Virus record (IMG/VR): IMGVR_UViG_3300048854_000126
Span: 1-64,000 of that record
Length of the DNA: 64,000 nt
Direction: 5' to 3' (one strand)
DNA from: a virus
Under the pieces are notes generated by a model. The model had not been told where the DNA came from. It searched no databases and saw nothing but the letters and a program-made list of their open reading frames with translations. Each line of letters begins with the position of its first letter. The first letter of the stretch is position 1. Both the position numbers and the translations under genes were made by a program. Positions 1 to 9,197 of the stretch are shown here, in pieces.

Positions 1-651
1 CAGGTGGACCATAACGCCAATTCTCGACAACTCGTCGGCAGTCAGCTTTGGTTTTACCGCAGCGATAACGCTATCGCGGCATCGATCGGATACGGCGGAG
101 GCTCGACGTTCGTCGGTTTCCTAAACAGTGGTCAGTCCGCATGGAATCTTCGTATCGACGAGAGCGGCATAGTCCAGGCGCGAAGTCAGGTGTGGGCCGC
201 GGACGGCGGCGGCCGTCTGTGTGAGGACGGCAACATCTACGGCGGCGTGTGGGGCGGCTATCTGAGCACCTATATCGGCAACCAGTTTGCCGCGCGCGAT
301 AGCAACATCAACGGGAAGGCTCCAGTGCGCAACTGGTCAAACCCCAACTACGGCTACGTCGGATGCGACACGGGCAACTCCGTCATCATCAACTGGGATG
401 GCAACTTCCGCATCTTCGTCGATGGTCAGTATGGGTCGGCTCTTTGGGGCACCCATAACTTCGACCCTAACAGCAAGGCCCAAAACGGCGCACGCGTGCA
501 ATGGGATAGCGGCGTGCAAGAAGTCGGCCCAATCGGCAACGGAACCATCGGCGACAGCGCGCCGTGGGTTGTGGTTGGCGGCCGGTCTTGCGGCAACAGC
601 TCAACGGCCAATTGCATTTGGCTCCACTTAGCAGTCTTGAGGAATCAATAA
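1..651 (+). CDS. Tail fibre protein, C-terminal part (5' end outside window)
   Basis: Frame is open from base 1; Gly/Asn/Trp-rich fibre-tip-like sequence (DGNIYGGVWGGYLS); directly followed by a fibre chaperone. Confidence 0.8.
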   Translation, partial: QVDHNANSRQLVGSQLWFYRSDNAIAASIGYGGGSTFVGFLNSGQSAWNLRIDESGIVQARSQVWAADGGGRLCEDGNIYGGVWGGYLSTYIGNQFAARDSNINGKAPVRNWSNPNYGYVGCDTGNSVIINWDGNFRIFVDGQYGSALWGTHNFDPNSKAQNGARVQWDSGVQEVGPIGNGTIGDSAPWVVVGGRSCGNSSTANCIWLHLAVLRNQ

Positions 652-652
652 C

Positions 653-1066
653 ATGAAGATGACTAACAACGATTTGTGGGCGGTCCTGAAACTTCTATAT
701 CCGAACCTTGAAGGTGGCCATGATTACCTCATGGGCTGCAAGATTCCGAAGGAAGGTTTCGAACAGGGAGAGCACGCATACATTTTCCGCTGGAACGCGA
801 CGGATGTTCCTCAGCCAGCGCAAGCCGACCTCGAGGCGTATTGGAACGAGAACATGTCGGACGTGCTCGCGGCGCAAGTCGCTGAAGCCACCCGTTTCGA
901 ACGGGACAGGCGACTGGTCGAGGCGGACACCTTAGTAGAACGCGCCATCGACCAGGACAACGCGCAAGCCGAGCGCGCCGCACGCAACTACCGCCAAGCC
1001 CTACGTGACTTGCCCCAGCAACCTGGTTTTCCCGACGAGGTTGTTTGGCCGGTCGCGCCGCAATAA
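653..1066 (+). CDS. Tail fibre assembly chaperone (XkdW/Tfa-like)
   Basis: C-terminal RDRRL...YRQALRDLPQQPGFPDEVVWP motif typical of Tfa chaperones. Confidence 0.85.
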   Translation: MKMTNNDLWAVLKLLYPNLEGGHDYLMGCKIPKEGFEQGEHAYIFRWNATDVPQPAQADLEAYWNENMSDVLAAQVAEATRFERDRRLVEADTLVERAIDQDNAQAERAARNYRQALRDLPQQPGFPDEVVWPVAPQ

Positions 1067-1091
1067 CTTTACCCACACGAAGGAGTATCGA

Positions 1092-1421
1092 ATGTCTTTG
1101 AAGAAACAAGTTTTGGTTAAGGCCACGGGCGTCCCTGCCGGATTTCACACCGTCTCGAACGTGACGCTGGACAAGCTGTCCTCGAAGATCAGCATCGCTG
1201 TGCAGAGCTACTACAGCCAGGAGTCGTATAACGCGGGCGCCATGATCGTCGCGTCGGTCACGATCGTTTTGGATGGTCTGCCGGAAGTGGGGCGTGACGT
1301 GTGGGCCTACGCCGACGCGCGACTGGCTGCGCCGGTCCCTCCGGGTGGCGACGACACGGCTGAAATCGTCCAGTTTGCCGCTCAAAACCCCTACGCGTTC
1401 GCTGGCGCGACCATTGTCTAA
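1092..1421 (+). CDS. Tail-associated phage protein, paralog of 2014..2331
   Basis: AGGAG RBS before ATG 1092; MSLKKQVLVKATGVPAGFHTV aligns with MAIKKDITLDATGGVANFHTV. Confidence 0.7.
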   Translation: MSLKKQVLVKATGVPAGFHTVSNVTLDKLSSKISIAVQSYYSQESYNAGAMIVASVTIVLDGLPEVGRDVWAYADARLAAPVPPGGDDTAEIVQFAAQNPYAFAGATIV

Positions 1422-1443
1422 CCCACTCACGCAAAGGGCGATC

Positions 1444-2001
1444 ATGCGCTACCTGGCCTTTACCGTTCTCAACCTGCTGTTCACGGTGCTCGCCTATGTC
1501 CTGGCGCCCGTGGTCGCTCTTTTCTGCCGCGACGACGGCTATCTGCCGCGCTGGCTGTCGTGGTTTCAGACCTTCGATGCACCGCTCGATGCCGGCTGGC
1601 AGGACGGATATGCCGGCTACGATCCCGCCGGTTCACGCTGGTGGAATCGCACCAAGTGGCTCTGGCGCAATCCCGCATACGGCTTCGCATACGGCCCGCT
1701 CGGAGAGGTGTTCGATCCCAAGGAGTGGATCGTGACGCGCTTTGGCAGCGGACCCGACTACACGAACTTTCACGCGCGCACCCTCGACGGTCGCCTCTGG
1801 TGCATCAGTTACAACGGCGTCTGGGGTTCCTGGAAGCTCGGCTGGAAGGCGTGGAACTACTTCCAAGGCATGGACGAAGAGGGCAACCCCAAGTGGCGCA
1901 CGACGCAGTGGGGTCCGGAATGGCGCGTTCCGCACTGCTTCACTCCGAACTTCATCAAGGGCATCACGCGGCTTTTCGCCCGCGCGCCCGCACAGGCTTA
2001 A
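1444..2001 (+). CDS. Trp-rich phage membrane protein
   Basis: N-terminal TM segment; LPRWLSWFQTFD and WLWRNPAYGF motifs seen near Burkholderiales phage tail modules. Confidence 0.65.
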   Translation: MRYLAFTVLNLLFTVLAYVLAPVVALFCRDDGYLPRWLSWFQTFDAPLDAGWQDGYAGYDPAGSRWWNRTKWLWRNPAYGFAYGPLGEVFDPKEWIVTRFGSGPDYTNFHARTLDGRLWCISYNGVWGSWKLGWKAWNYFQGMDEEGNPKWRTTQWGPEWRVPHCFTPNFIKGITRLFARAPAQA

Positions 2002-2013
2002 AAGGAGCACACC

Positions 2014-2331
2014 GTGGCTATCAAGAAAGACATCACTCTGGACGCGACCGGTGGCGTCGCAAACTTTCACACCGTGCGCGTCGTCGCGCTCGAGCTGATG
2101 GCGAAGACCACCAACGCGACCCTCATGAGCTACGTCTCGGAAGACGCGTTCAAGGCCGGCAAGCAGCCCGCGACGTTCCAGATGATTACCGTTGCGGTCA
2201 ATGGGCTCCCCGCTGACGGACAGAGCGCGCTTGACTACGTTGAAGCCGAGCTGGTGCGCAAGGTGACCGACGCAGATCAGAACCTCGCTGGCAACCGCGC
2301 GCTCTTTGAAGGCGGTGTTGTCGTGCAATGA
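2014..2331 (+). CDS. Tail-associated phage protein, paralog of 1092..1421
   Basis: AGGAG RBS with GTG start; similarity to 1092..1421. Confidence 0.7.
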   Translation: MAIKKDITLDATGGVANFHTVRVVALELMAKTTNATLMSYVSEDAFKAGKQPATFQMITVAVNGLPADGQSALDYVEAELVRKVTDADQNLAGNRALFEGGVVVQ

Positions 2332-2335
2332 CGCA

Positions 2336-2353
2336 ATAGTAAGCGGTAACTAT
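2336..2353. promoter_or_regulatory. Palindromic operator ATAGTAA-GCGG-TAACTAT upstream of the lysis cassette
   Basis: Copy of the recurrent 18-bp motif ATAGTMA-N4-TKACTAT. Confidence 0.7.
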
Positions 2354-2419
2354 ACAAAGGCGATGGTTTTCGTTAACATCGCCTTTGTCTTATCCACCAT
2401 TCCGCGAGAGAGCGCCGGC

Positions 2420-2761
2420 ATGAGTCTTACACCGAAAGAGCAGGAGAGCTTGACCGTGATCGCGAAAGAAGCCGCGCGCGAAGCCGTGGAGCAGTTGAGC
2501 CAGAAGCTGCAAGAACGTGACACCGAACTGCGCGCCGACATCAAGGAAGACGCGCGCGCAGCGGTGAAAGCCGAACTGAAGGCGTGGTTCGGCGACCAGT
2601 CGCCCGCCGAACACATGATCCAGCACGCACGAATCGACAAGTTCCTCACCTGGATGGACGGAATGGGGAAGAGCTTCTGGTCGGGCCTTATCAGCAACAT
2701 TCTCCGCACCGTCGTCACCGGCGCGGCAGCGATTTTCTTCTACTCCAAACTCAAAGGATAA
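2420..2761 (+). CDS. Lysis-associated coiled-coil protein with C-terminal TM (holin/antiholin-like)
   Basis: First gene of the lysis cassette; C-terminal hydrophobic helix. Confidence 0.5.
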   Translation: MSLTPKEQESLTVIAKEAAREAVEQLSQKLQERDTELRADIKEDARAAVKAELKAWFGDQSPAEHMIQHARIDKFLTWMDGMGKSFWSGLISNILRTVVTGAAAIFFYSKLKG

Positions 2762-2763
2762 CT

Positions 2764-3087
2764 ATGCGCTTCGTTAACACCCTGAAGGCTTTGCTCGATG
2801 ACCGGCTCGTCATCATGCTGATCCCGGCGCTCGCCGTGCTCTGCACGGACACCGCGGTTCTCTTCAGCCTCGGCTACGCGGTGGCGATCGTTGTTGCCAT
2901 CGTGGCGGTTGCCCACTCGCTTCGCCTGTTGCTGTTGCCCTACGTCAGCATGGGCGAGCTTGTGAAAGCGGCGATCCTCTCGCCCACGGCCGCCGCGGCA
3001 GTCTTCATCTCGATTCTCATCTTCCTGAGCACGCTGGTCTACGCAATGGTTGCGTGGATTCAGGCAGCCGCAGGCCATGCTGCCTAA
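2764..3087 (+). CDS. Putative holin
   Basis: 107 aa with about 3 hydrophobic segments, immediately upstream of the endolysin. Confidence 0.65.
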   Translation: MRFVNTLKALLDDRLVIMLIPALAVLCTDTAVLFSLGYAVAIVVAIVAVAHSLRLLLLPYVSMGELVKAAILSPTAAAAVFISILIFLSTLVYAMVAWIQAAAGHAA

Positions 3088-3691
3088 GCTCGCGACCCTC
3101 TATATACCGCTGCTCACGACGCAGATCGCTGCGTTGTGGCCGGCGATGCCCGCACCCTCGACGCTCGCCGCGCAGATCGAGCAAGAGACGTGCGTGTCGC
3201 TCACCTCGACGCGGTGCTGGAACCCCAAGACCGAGCTCAAAACCGAGCGGGAATATGGGTTTGGCCTCGGGCAGCTCACGGTGACCCCGAAGTTCAACAA
3301 CTTCGAGGCGGCCAAGGGCTGGGACAAGTCGCTCAAGGACTGGAAGTGGGAAGACCGCTACGACCCGACGATGCAGATCCGCGCGCTCGTCGCCTACGAC
3401 CGAAACCTCTATCGCGCGATCACGTTCGCCGCTGACGATGCAAACCGGCTGCAGTTCGCGTTCTCCGCTTACAACGGCGGCCTGGGTGGTGTCATCAACG
3501 ACCGGCACGTCTGCATGGCGACCAAGGGCTGTGACCCTTCCCGGTGGTTCGGCCACGTGGAGCTCACGAGCCTGAAGGCGAAGACCGCAGTGAAAGGCTA
3601 CGGCCAGTCGTTCTACGAAATCAACCGCGGCTACGTGCGTGCGATCTGGTTCGATCGGCGCCAACGCTACCTCTTCATGGATAAGAAATGA
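3077..3691 (+). CDS. Endolysin, lytic transglycosylase (SLT family)
   Basis: AQIEQET catalytic Glu, GLGQ, and AYNGGLG motifs. Confidence 0.85.
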   Translation: MLPKLATLYIPLLTTQIAALWPAMPAPSTLAAQIEQETCVSLTSTRCWNPKTELKTEREYGFGLGQLTVTPKFNNFEAAKGWDKSLKDWKWEDRYDPTMQIRALVAYDRNLYRAITFAADDANRLQFAFSAYNGGLGGVINDRHVCMATKGCDPSRWFGHVELTSLKAKTAVKGYGQSFYEINRGYVRAIWFDRRQRYLFMDKK

Positions 3692-4299
3692 AAGCACTTC
3701 TCTCTAAGGTCGTCTTCCCCGTATTCGTGGCGGCTTTGGTGTTCGTCCTCGGCTTCGTGGCCGGCTACAGCTACCACTCGACCGGCGAGCTCAAAGCCGA
3801 TCTCAAGGCGAACACGACCGTGGCCCAGACCAACGCGCAAAGCGTCGCGGCGGCCCAGACGGCCAGCGTGAAGATCGAAGGCAAGATCGAGAAGACCGCG
3901 GCGGCCATCGACCTCAACAAGAGCGCCATCCACCAGCGGGTGACGGCTCAGATCCAGCGGCATGCAGAGGCCGCGTCCACCTACCTGGAGAACCACGATG
4001 AAACGACTTCCTTTCCTGACGGCAGCCCGACTTGCGGCGGCTTCTACCTTGATGTTGGCACTGTGCGCATGCTCAACGCCAGTCGTCAAGGAACCGTTGC
4101 TCGTCCCGCCGGCAGCCTCGATGAAGCGGGCGACGCCGCTCCAGCCCTTTGCTTTACCGACTTCATCGACGCAGACCAAGACCTGACCAAGCTGTATCTG
4201 GACCTGTCCGTGCGTCACGACGCGCTGGTTGATTCGGTCGAGGAGTTCCAGGCCAAGCAACGCGAGCGGCTCGGCATCGCGACAGATCCAGCACAGTAA
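3688..4299 (+). CDS. i-spanin (Rz-like)
   Basis: N-terminal TM plus coiled coil, after the endolysin, with an embedded lipoprotein ORF. Confidence 0.75.
   Translation: MKALLSKVVFPVFVAALVFVLGFVAGYSYHSTGELKADLKANTTVAQTNAQSVAAAQTASVKIEGKIEKTAAAIDLNKSAIHQRVTAQIQRHAEAASTYLENHDETTSFPDGSPTCGGFYLDVGTVRMLNASRQGTVARPAGSLDEAGDAAPALCFTDFIDADQDLTKLYLDLSVRHDALVDSVEEFQAKQRERLGIATDPAQ
3998..4186 (+). CDS. o-spanin (Rz1-like) embedded in Rz in another frame
   Basis: GGAG RBS; MKR signal peptide, lipobox LCA-C, Pro-rich mature part. Confidence 0.7.
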   Translation: MKRLPFLTAARLAAASTLMLALCACSTPVVKEPLLVPPAASMKRATPLQPFALPTSSTQTKT

Positions 4300-4312
4300 G
4301 TTTTCGAGCATC

Positions 4313-4340
4313 GGCCCGGGCGCACCTCGGGCCGTTTTCA
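4313..4340 (+). terminator. Intrinsic terminator after the lysis cassette
   Basis: CGGCCCG...CGGGCCG stem followed by TTTT. Confidence 0.6.
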
Positions 4341-4363
4341 TTTCCACTGCAGGAGCATGACTG

Positions 4364-5113
4364 ATGGCAAAGCAAACCACCCGCGCAGCGGCCCGCGACA
4401 CCAAGCGTCGCGGTGAAGTGGCGATGAGCGACTACGAGGCAGAGCAGAAAGTCGTCTTTCGTGCGCCGCCTCCTCTGGCGCCCAAGACCGAAACGCAGCG
4501 CCGCTATATCAACGCCATCAAGAATTACCCGCTGGTCTTCGGCACCGGCCCCGCAGGCACAGGCAAGACGTTCATTGCTGGGGCAATCGCAGCCGAAATG
4601 TTGAGCTCGCGCCGTGTCGAGAAGATCGTCATCACCCGACCCGCCGTCGATGCGGGCGAGTCACTGGGCTTCCTTCCCGGGGAGCTCGAGGAAAAGTATG
4701 GCGTCTATATCCAGCCGTTTCGTGACGTGCTCGATGAGCGACTCGGCAAGTCCTGGGTCGACAACCTGCTCAAGCTCGGCAAGATCGAGGCCGCGCCGCT
4801 TGCTTTCATGCGCGGGCGCACCTTCAAGAACGCCATTGTCATCCTCGACGAAGGGCAGAACACCACGCCGACCCAGATGAAGATGTTCCTCACGCGCATT
4901 GGCGAGAACTGCTCGGTGATCGTGAACGGGGATATCAAGCAGAAGGATATTCCCGGGCCGAGCGGGCTCGAGGACGCGATCAAGCGGGTGAGCTGGATTC
5001 CGAGCGTGAAGGTGATCGAGTTCGGCCGCAACGATGTGGTGCGCAGCGGCTTGGTTCAAGAGATTGTGCAGAGCTACGAGCAGGAAGAGCGCGACCTTCC
5101 CCGGGCCGCGTGA
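4364..5113 (+). CDS. phoH: PhoH-family ATPase
   Basis: GPAGTGKT, ITRPAV, LGFLPG, FMRGRT, DEGQN and GDIKQ motifs. Confidence 0.95.
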   Translation: MAKQTTRAAARDTKRRGEVAMSDYEAEQKVVFRAPPPLAPKTETQRRYINAIKNYPLVFGTGPAGTGKTFIAGAIAAEMLSSRRVEKIVITRPAVDAGESLGFLPGELEEKYGVYIQPFRDVLDERLGKSWVDNLLKLGKIEAAPLAFMRGRTFKNAIVILDEGQNTTPTQMKMFLTRIGENCSVIVNGDIKQKDIPGPSGLEDAIKRVSWIPSVKVIEFGRNDVVRSGLVQEIVQSYEQEERDLPRAA

Positions 5114-5242
5114 TGTAGCGAGAAGGAAGCGGAACGCTTGGGGCCAGGAACCGCTTCCCTCTATATCTAATACATCTTTTAAACTTACTATAATGGTAAG
5201 TGCTAGCTTATTCAATTTAGGGAAAATCGAGGAAAGCCCCAA

Positions 5243-5929
5243 GTGATCCAACCGACACCATACGGCAGTGAACTGACCACAGCGGACTGCGAGATGCTCG
5301 CGCTGTCGCGGGTCGCGCCGCCGATGCGGGCAGCCGAATCGATGCTCTTTACCAGGAAGTGGTTCGACTACCGCGCGATGCACCCGGTCCAGGCAACCTA
5401 CCGGTTCGCCCATGAATACCAGCAAGCAGTCTTGCGCGCATATGCCCGCCAAAAAGACGTGCGCACACTCGACAAGGTGAAAGGGTTCGACGTCAAAGGG
5501 CTGTTTGAATCCCGTGAGCTTTCAGCGGTGTGGCGGGCGCGACAAGCGTTCGATGCAATCGGGTGCCGCTACGAATTCGCGCTCGACTCCATATTCAAGC
5601 GCTTCTGCGAGCGCGGGTGGCGTGTCTTCCCGCGGCCGAACCAACTCTATGCAGAGGAGATCGTGCTCGATGTGCGCGACGCCTGGGTGCGCGAATGCAA
5701 GGCGATCACGCAGCTCGCAAAGCATGAGCGGTTCAAGGCCGAGAACTTTGAGGCACACCCCGACCAGATCGCCTATCAGGCGTGGCAGATCGAGCAGGTG
5801 AAAACTCGTGGCGGCAACCGGGCGATGTTGCTCGGTCGTCTGCTTCAGGAGCACGCGCTCACTGAGGACAGCGTTCGCACGGCGTTCGGAGACACAGTGC
5901 TCAGCCAGTCGAAAAGATTTATCGTTTGA
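5243..5929 (+). CDS. Hypothetical phage replication-region protein
   Basis: 228 aa ORF downstream of TATAAT at 5189-5194 and upstream of the Hfq-like and dnaB genes. Confidence 0.6.
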   Translation: MIQPTPYGSELTTADCEMLALSRVAPPMRAAESMLFTRKWFDYRAMHPVQATYRFAHEYQQAVLRAYARQKDVRTLDKVKGFDVKGLFESRELSAVWRARQAFDAIGCRYEFALDSIFKRFCERGWRVFPRPNQLYAEEIVLDVRDAWVRECKAITQLAKHERFKAENFEAHPDQIAYQAWQIEQVKTRGGNRAMLLGRLLQEHALTEDSVRTAFGDTVLSQSKRFIV

Positions 5930-5930
5930 A

Positions 5931-5948
5931 ATAGTCAGCGATTACTAT
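5931..5948. promoter_or_regulatory. Palindromic operator ATAGTCA-GCGA-TTACTAT overlapping a TATACT -10
   Basis: Copy of the recurrent motif, upstream of the Hfq-like/dnaB operon. Confidence 0.75.
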
Positions 5949-5997
5949 ACTTTGATGTAACGCAGCACAACCACTTAATCCACCCCGGAGATTTACC

Positions 5998-6486
5998 GTG
6001 AACAGCACCCCCGAACAAGTCCGCCTCGATCAATTGCAGCATGCCCGTCGCACGCTGAGCCTGTCGGGAGAAGCGGCCCAGCGCCCGGCCCGCGAGACGA
6101 CTCGTGAGTATCCGCGCACGTCACGCCCGGGCTTTGCCGCTGCATCGACGCGCATTCCCCGTCCGGGCTCAAATCGTGGTCATGACATGATCCTGAAGGC
6201 GATGCAAGAGAATGCCCAGCGCGCCACGATCATCACCGCAGACGGCGCAAAGTTCGAAGGCGTCATCACTGGTCGCGACAAATACACCATCACGCTGAAG
6301 ACCGCGCATCCGGACGAGGTTCGGGCGGCCGCGGGCGACAAGATCCTGCGCGTGTTCTACAAAAGCGCCATCGAGCAGTTCTGGGGCGAACAGGTGCCGC
6401 GAATTCCCGCTCGCGATATCGGCGACACCACGCGCGATGAGGACGGTATCGCTGAGCTGAAGGCGCTGTCGGACACGGAGCAGTAA
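5998..6486 (+). CDS. Hfq/Sm-fold-like protein with disordered N- and C-terminal extensions
   Basis: HDMILKAMQENAQRATIITADGAKFEGVITGRDKYTITLK...VFYKSAI aligns with Hfq [40 protein letters not shown]...MVYKHAI. Confidence 0.75.
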   Translation: MNSTPEQVRLDQLQHARRTLSLSGEAAQRPARETTREYPRTSRPGFAAASTRIPRPGSNRGHDMILKAMQENAQRATIITADGAKFEGVITGRDKYTITLKTAHPDEVRAAAGDKILRVFYKSAIEQFWGEQVPRIPARDIGDTTRDEDGIAELKALSDTEQ

Positions 6487-7871
6487 TGGTGAGCGCCGCA
6501 CCCGCACTGAGCGTCGTGCCGGCCGTTGAAGAACCAGCCGTTGAGAAATTCACATTCGACGGCGAGTTTCAGGCCCGTATCGCCGCCTTGACCCTTCGCG
6601 ACACAACATTCAACCAACTGGTGGACGGACTGCTTGAGCCGGGTTATTTCGAATCCGAGATCGAGTCGTATCTCGTAGGCTGCGCGCTGCGCTACTACGG
6701 GAAATACAAGAAAGCGCCGTCCGGGCTTGGCATCTACGCGATGCTGATCCGGGAGGACCTCGATTCGAAGGTGCTGCCGAAGGCGCTGGCCGCCGCTGCA
6801 GTGGGCCGGCTGAAAGAGCTTTTCGAGGTCGATATCTCGGATCGCGACTTCGTGGTCGATCAAGTGGCGACTTTTGCCCGTCACCAGGCGGTGCAGGAGG
6901 CCATGTATAAGGCGATCAACAAGCTCGACAAAAAGGACTTCGACGGCATTGCCACGGTGATGCGTCAGGCGCTCGACGTGGGCGCCAACCAGGACGGCGA
7001 CTGCTATGACTTCGCCGCGATGATCGACAGCCGCACGGGCGTGCGTCTGGACCGTCTTGCTGGCAAGTTGCCGCCGTCAGGCATCACGACCGGCTATAAG
7101 CCGATCGACGAGCTCCTGTATCACAAGGGGTGGGGTCGCAAAGAGCTATCCGTCATTCTCGGGGGCGCGAAGGCGGGCAAGACCACGGCGCTGATCGATT
7201 TCGGTATCAACGCATGGGCGGTCGGACACAACGTGCTGTATGCGTCGTGTGAAGTCGGCCGCGACGTGATCGCCGACCGGATGGATGCAAACATCAGCGC
7301 GCAAGCAATGATGGAGATGCACCACCACACCCATGACGTGCGCCAGAAGGTGGCCGACTTTGCGGCGAAGGCGCTGCGCACCGATGGCACGAACGCGAAG
7401 TTCATCGTTCATGAGTTCCCGACAGGCTCGCTGAAGGTGTCGGAGCTGCGCCGGCTGATCGAGCGATACAAGTCGCAAGGCATCGTCTTTGATCTGGTCG
7501 TGGTCGATTATGCGGACCTGCTGTGCCCGGAGCGTCATACCGACAGCGCGGTGGAAAACTCGAAGTCGATCTACGTGGACCTGCGCGGCCTCGCAATTCG
7601 CGAAGCGTTTGCCGTGCTTACTGCGACACAATCGAATCGTAACGGGATCAACGCGAACATCATCAAGGCTGAGCATGTGGCCGATGACTTTAATAAAATC
7701 CGCATTGCCGACATTGTGATTTCGATTAACCGCACCGACGAAGAGCGCGCGGCCGGTAAGGCACGACTTTATTTTGCCGCGTCGCGCAATCAGGGTGGCG
7801 AGTTCACCATCGAGATTGAGCAGGCGCTGGACCGGATGAAATTCATTACCCGAGTGCTCGGGTTCGCATAG
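6486..7871 (+). CDS. dnaB: Replicative DNA helicase (DnaB/gp41-like)
   Basis: GGAKAGKT Walker A, VVVDYAD Walker B, TATQSNR, and ITTGYKPID. Confidence 0.9.
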   Translation: MVSAAPALSVVPAVEEPAVEKFTFDGEFQARIAALTLRDTTFNQLVDGLLEPGYFESEIESYLVGCALRYYGKYKKAPSGLGIYAMLIREDLDSKVLPKALAAAAVGRLKELFEVDISDRDFVVDQVATFARHQAVQEAMYKAINKLDKKDFDGIATVMRQALDVGANQDGDCYDFAAMIDSRTGVRLDRLAGKLPPSGITTGYKPIDELLYHKGWGRKELSVILGGAKAGKTTALIDFGINAWAVGHNVLYASCEVGRDVIADRMDANISAQAMMEMHHHTHDVRQKVADFAAKALRTDGTNAKFIVHEFPTGSLKVSELRRLIERYKSQGIVFDLVVVDYADLLCPERHTDSAVENSKSIYVDLRGLAIREAFAVLTATQSNRNGINANIIKAEHVADDFNKIRIADIVISINRTDEERAAGKARLYFAASRNQGGEFTIEIEQALDRMKFITRVLGFA

Positions 7872-7880
7872 GGGGAAGCA

Positions 7881-8060
7881 GTGGACGATTCAAATGAGAT
7901 CCGCGACTTCATGGTCGAGCTCGCCGACGAAGAGTTTAAGCCGTCCACAATCGAGGCATTCACGGACGCCGCCGCTGCGATGCGGGACCGTGGCGTCACC
8001 GGCATCGCCGAGTTGCTCGGGTCGATCAAGTCCGCGATGAAGAACGAATATGGCGACTGA
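7881..8060 (+). CDS. Small hypothetical protein (59 aa)
   Basis: GTG start after GGGGGA; fills the gap between dnaB and primase; below the ORF-track cutoff. Confidence 0.45.
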   Translation: MDDSNEIRDFMVELADEEFKPSTIEAFTDAAAAMRDRGVTGIAELLGSIKSAMKNEYGD

Positions 8061-9150
8061 CGACCTGAGCGAGCTCCTCGAGCGCGTGGACATGACTGCA
8101 TACCTTGATCGCGAGGGCATCTCCTACCGGGAGACGCACGGACGATCGGGGCAGCAGCTTAACGTGCGTGAGTGCCCGACCTGCGGCAACTCGGAATGGA
8201 AAGTCTATCTGAACCAGGAGACGGGCGTGGGCAACTGCTTCGGCGGCTCGCACCCCGCCGACGAGCGCATTTTCACGAAATACCGGTTCATTCAGGCACA
8301 TCTGGGCAAGCCGCCGGCGGGGAAAGTCGTCGAGCACATTCGCATGTTCGCGAAAGAGCTGGGTTGGCAGCCCGCGCGCCGCACGTCAGCCAAGGTCGAC
8401 AACGCACCTGTCGCATGGGAGCTTCCCACGCATGTCGAGTTGCCGCACGACGGGAAGAACATTCCGTATCTGGACAACCGCGGCATTGACGCCGAGCTCG
8501 CGAAGTATTTCCACCTCGGCTACTGCCCGAATGGGTCCTATTTTCGATACCAGACGGAGCAGGGCTGGGCTTTTCAAGACTACGGTCGGCGCATCCTCAT
8601 TCCCGTCTACGACCTGGATGGCCAGGTGGCAACTTTTCAGGGGCGCGACGTCACGGGCCGCGCCGAGAAGAAATACCTGTTTCCGCCGGGCATCGACGGA
8701 TCGGGCGTGCACCTGTTCAATGGGCTCAATGTCCAGAATACGAAACGCATAGTGGTAGGCGAGGGTGCATTTGACGTCGCGGCCACCAAGATCGCACTCG
8801 ATGGCGACCAGGACTTGCGCGACATCGTGCCAGTGGGCACCTTCGGCAAGCACTTGAGCTCCGGGAGCGAGAACAGCCAGTTGGCCAAGTTCATGCTGCT
8901 GAAGAGCCGCGGTGTCGAGGAGATCACGATCATGTGGGACGGCGAGATCCAGGCCACCGACGATGCGGTCGATGCGGGCCTGATGCTGGCGTCGAACGGC
9001 TTTCGCGTGCGCATCGCGATGCTGCCACCCGAGAAAGACCCAAACGAAGTGCCCGCCGAAGTTGTGCGCCAGGCGTTCTACCAGGCAACGGCACTGTCCA
9101 GGAGGTCAGGCGCCGAGATTCGGATGAAACGCAGATTGATGAACAGATAA
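8050..9150 (+). CDS. DNA primase (Zn finger + TOPRIM)
   Basis: CPTC Zn finger; GEGAFD and MWDGE TOPRIM motifs; KDPNE. Confidence 0.9.
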   Translation: MATDDLSELLERVDMTAYLDREGISYRETHGRSGQQLNVRECPTCGNSEWKVYLNQETGVGNCFGGSHPADERIFTKYRFIQAHLGKPPAGKVVEHIRMFAKELGWQPARRTSAKVDNAPVAWELPTHVELPHDGKNIPYLDNRGIDAELAKYFHLGYCPNGSYFRYQTEQGWAFQDYGRRILIPVYDLDGQVATFQGRDVTGRAEKKYLFPPGIDGSGVHLFNGLNVQNTKRIVVGEGAFDVAATKIALDGDQDLRDIVPVGTFGKHLSSGSENSQLAKFMLLKSRGVEEITIMWDGEIQATDDAVDAGLMLASNGFRVRIAMLPPEKDPNEVPAEVVRQAFYQATALSRRSGAEIRMKRRLMNR

Positions 9151-9168
9151 GTAACCGGTGACTATAAT
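9148..9168. promoter_or_regulatory. Operator TAAGTAA-CCGG-TGACTAT overlapping TATAAT
   Basis: Copy of the recurrent motif; a degenerate second copy follows at 9170-9187. Confidence 0.7.
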
Positions 9169-9197
9169 AAAAGTAACAGCTAATTTTGGGAGGGTCG

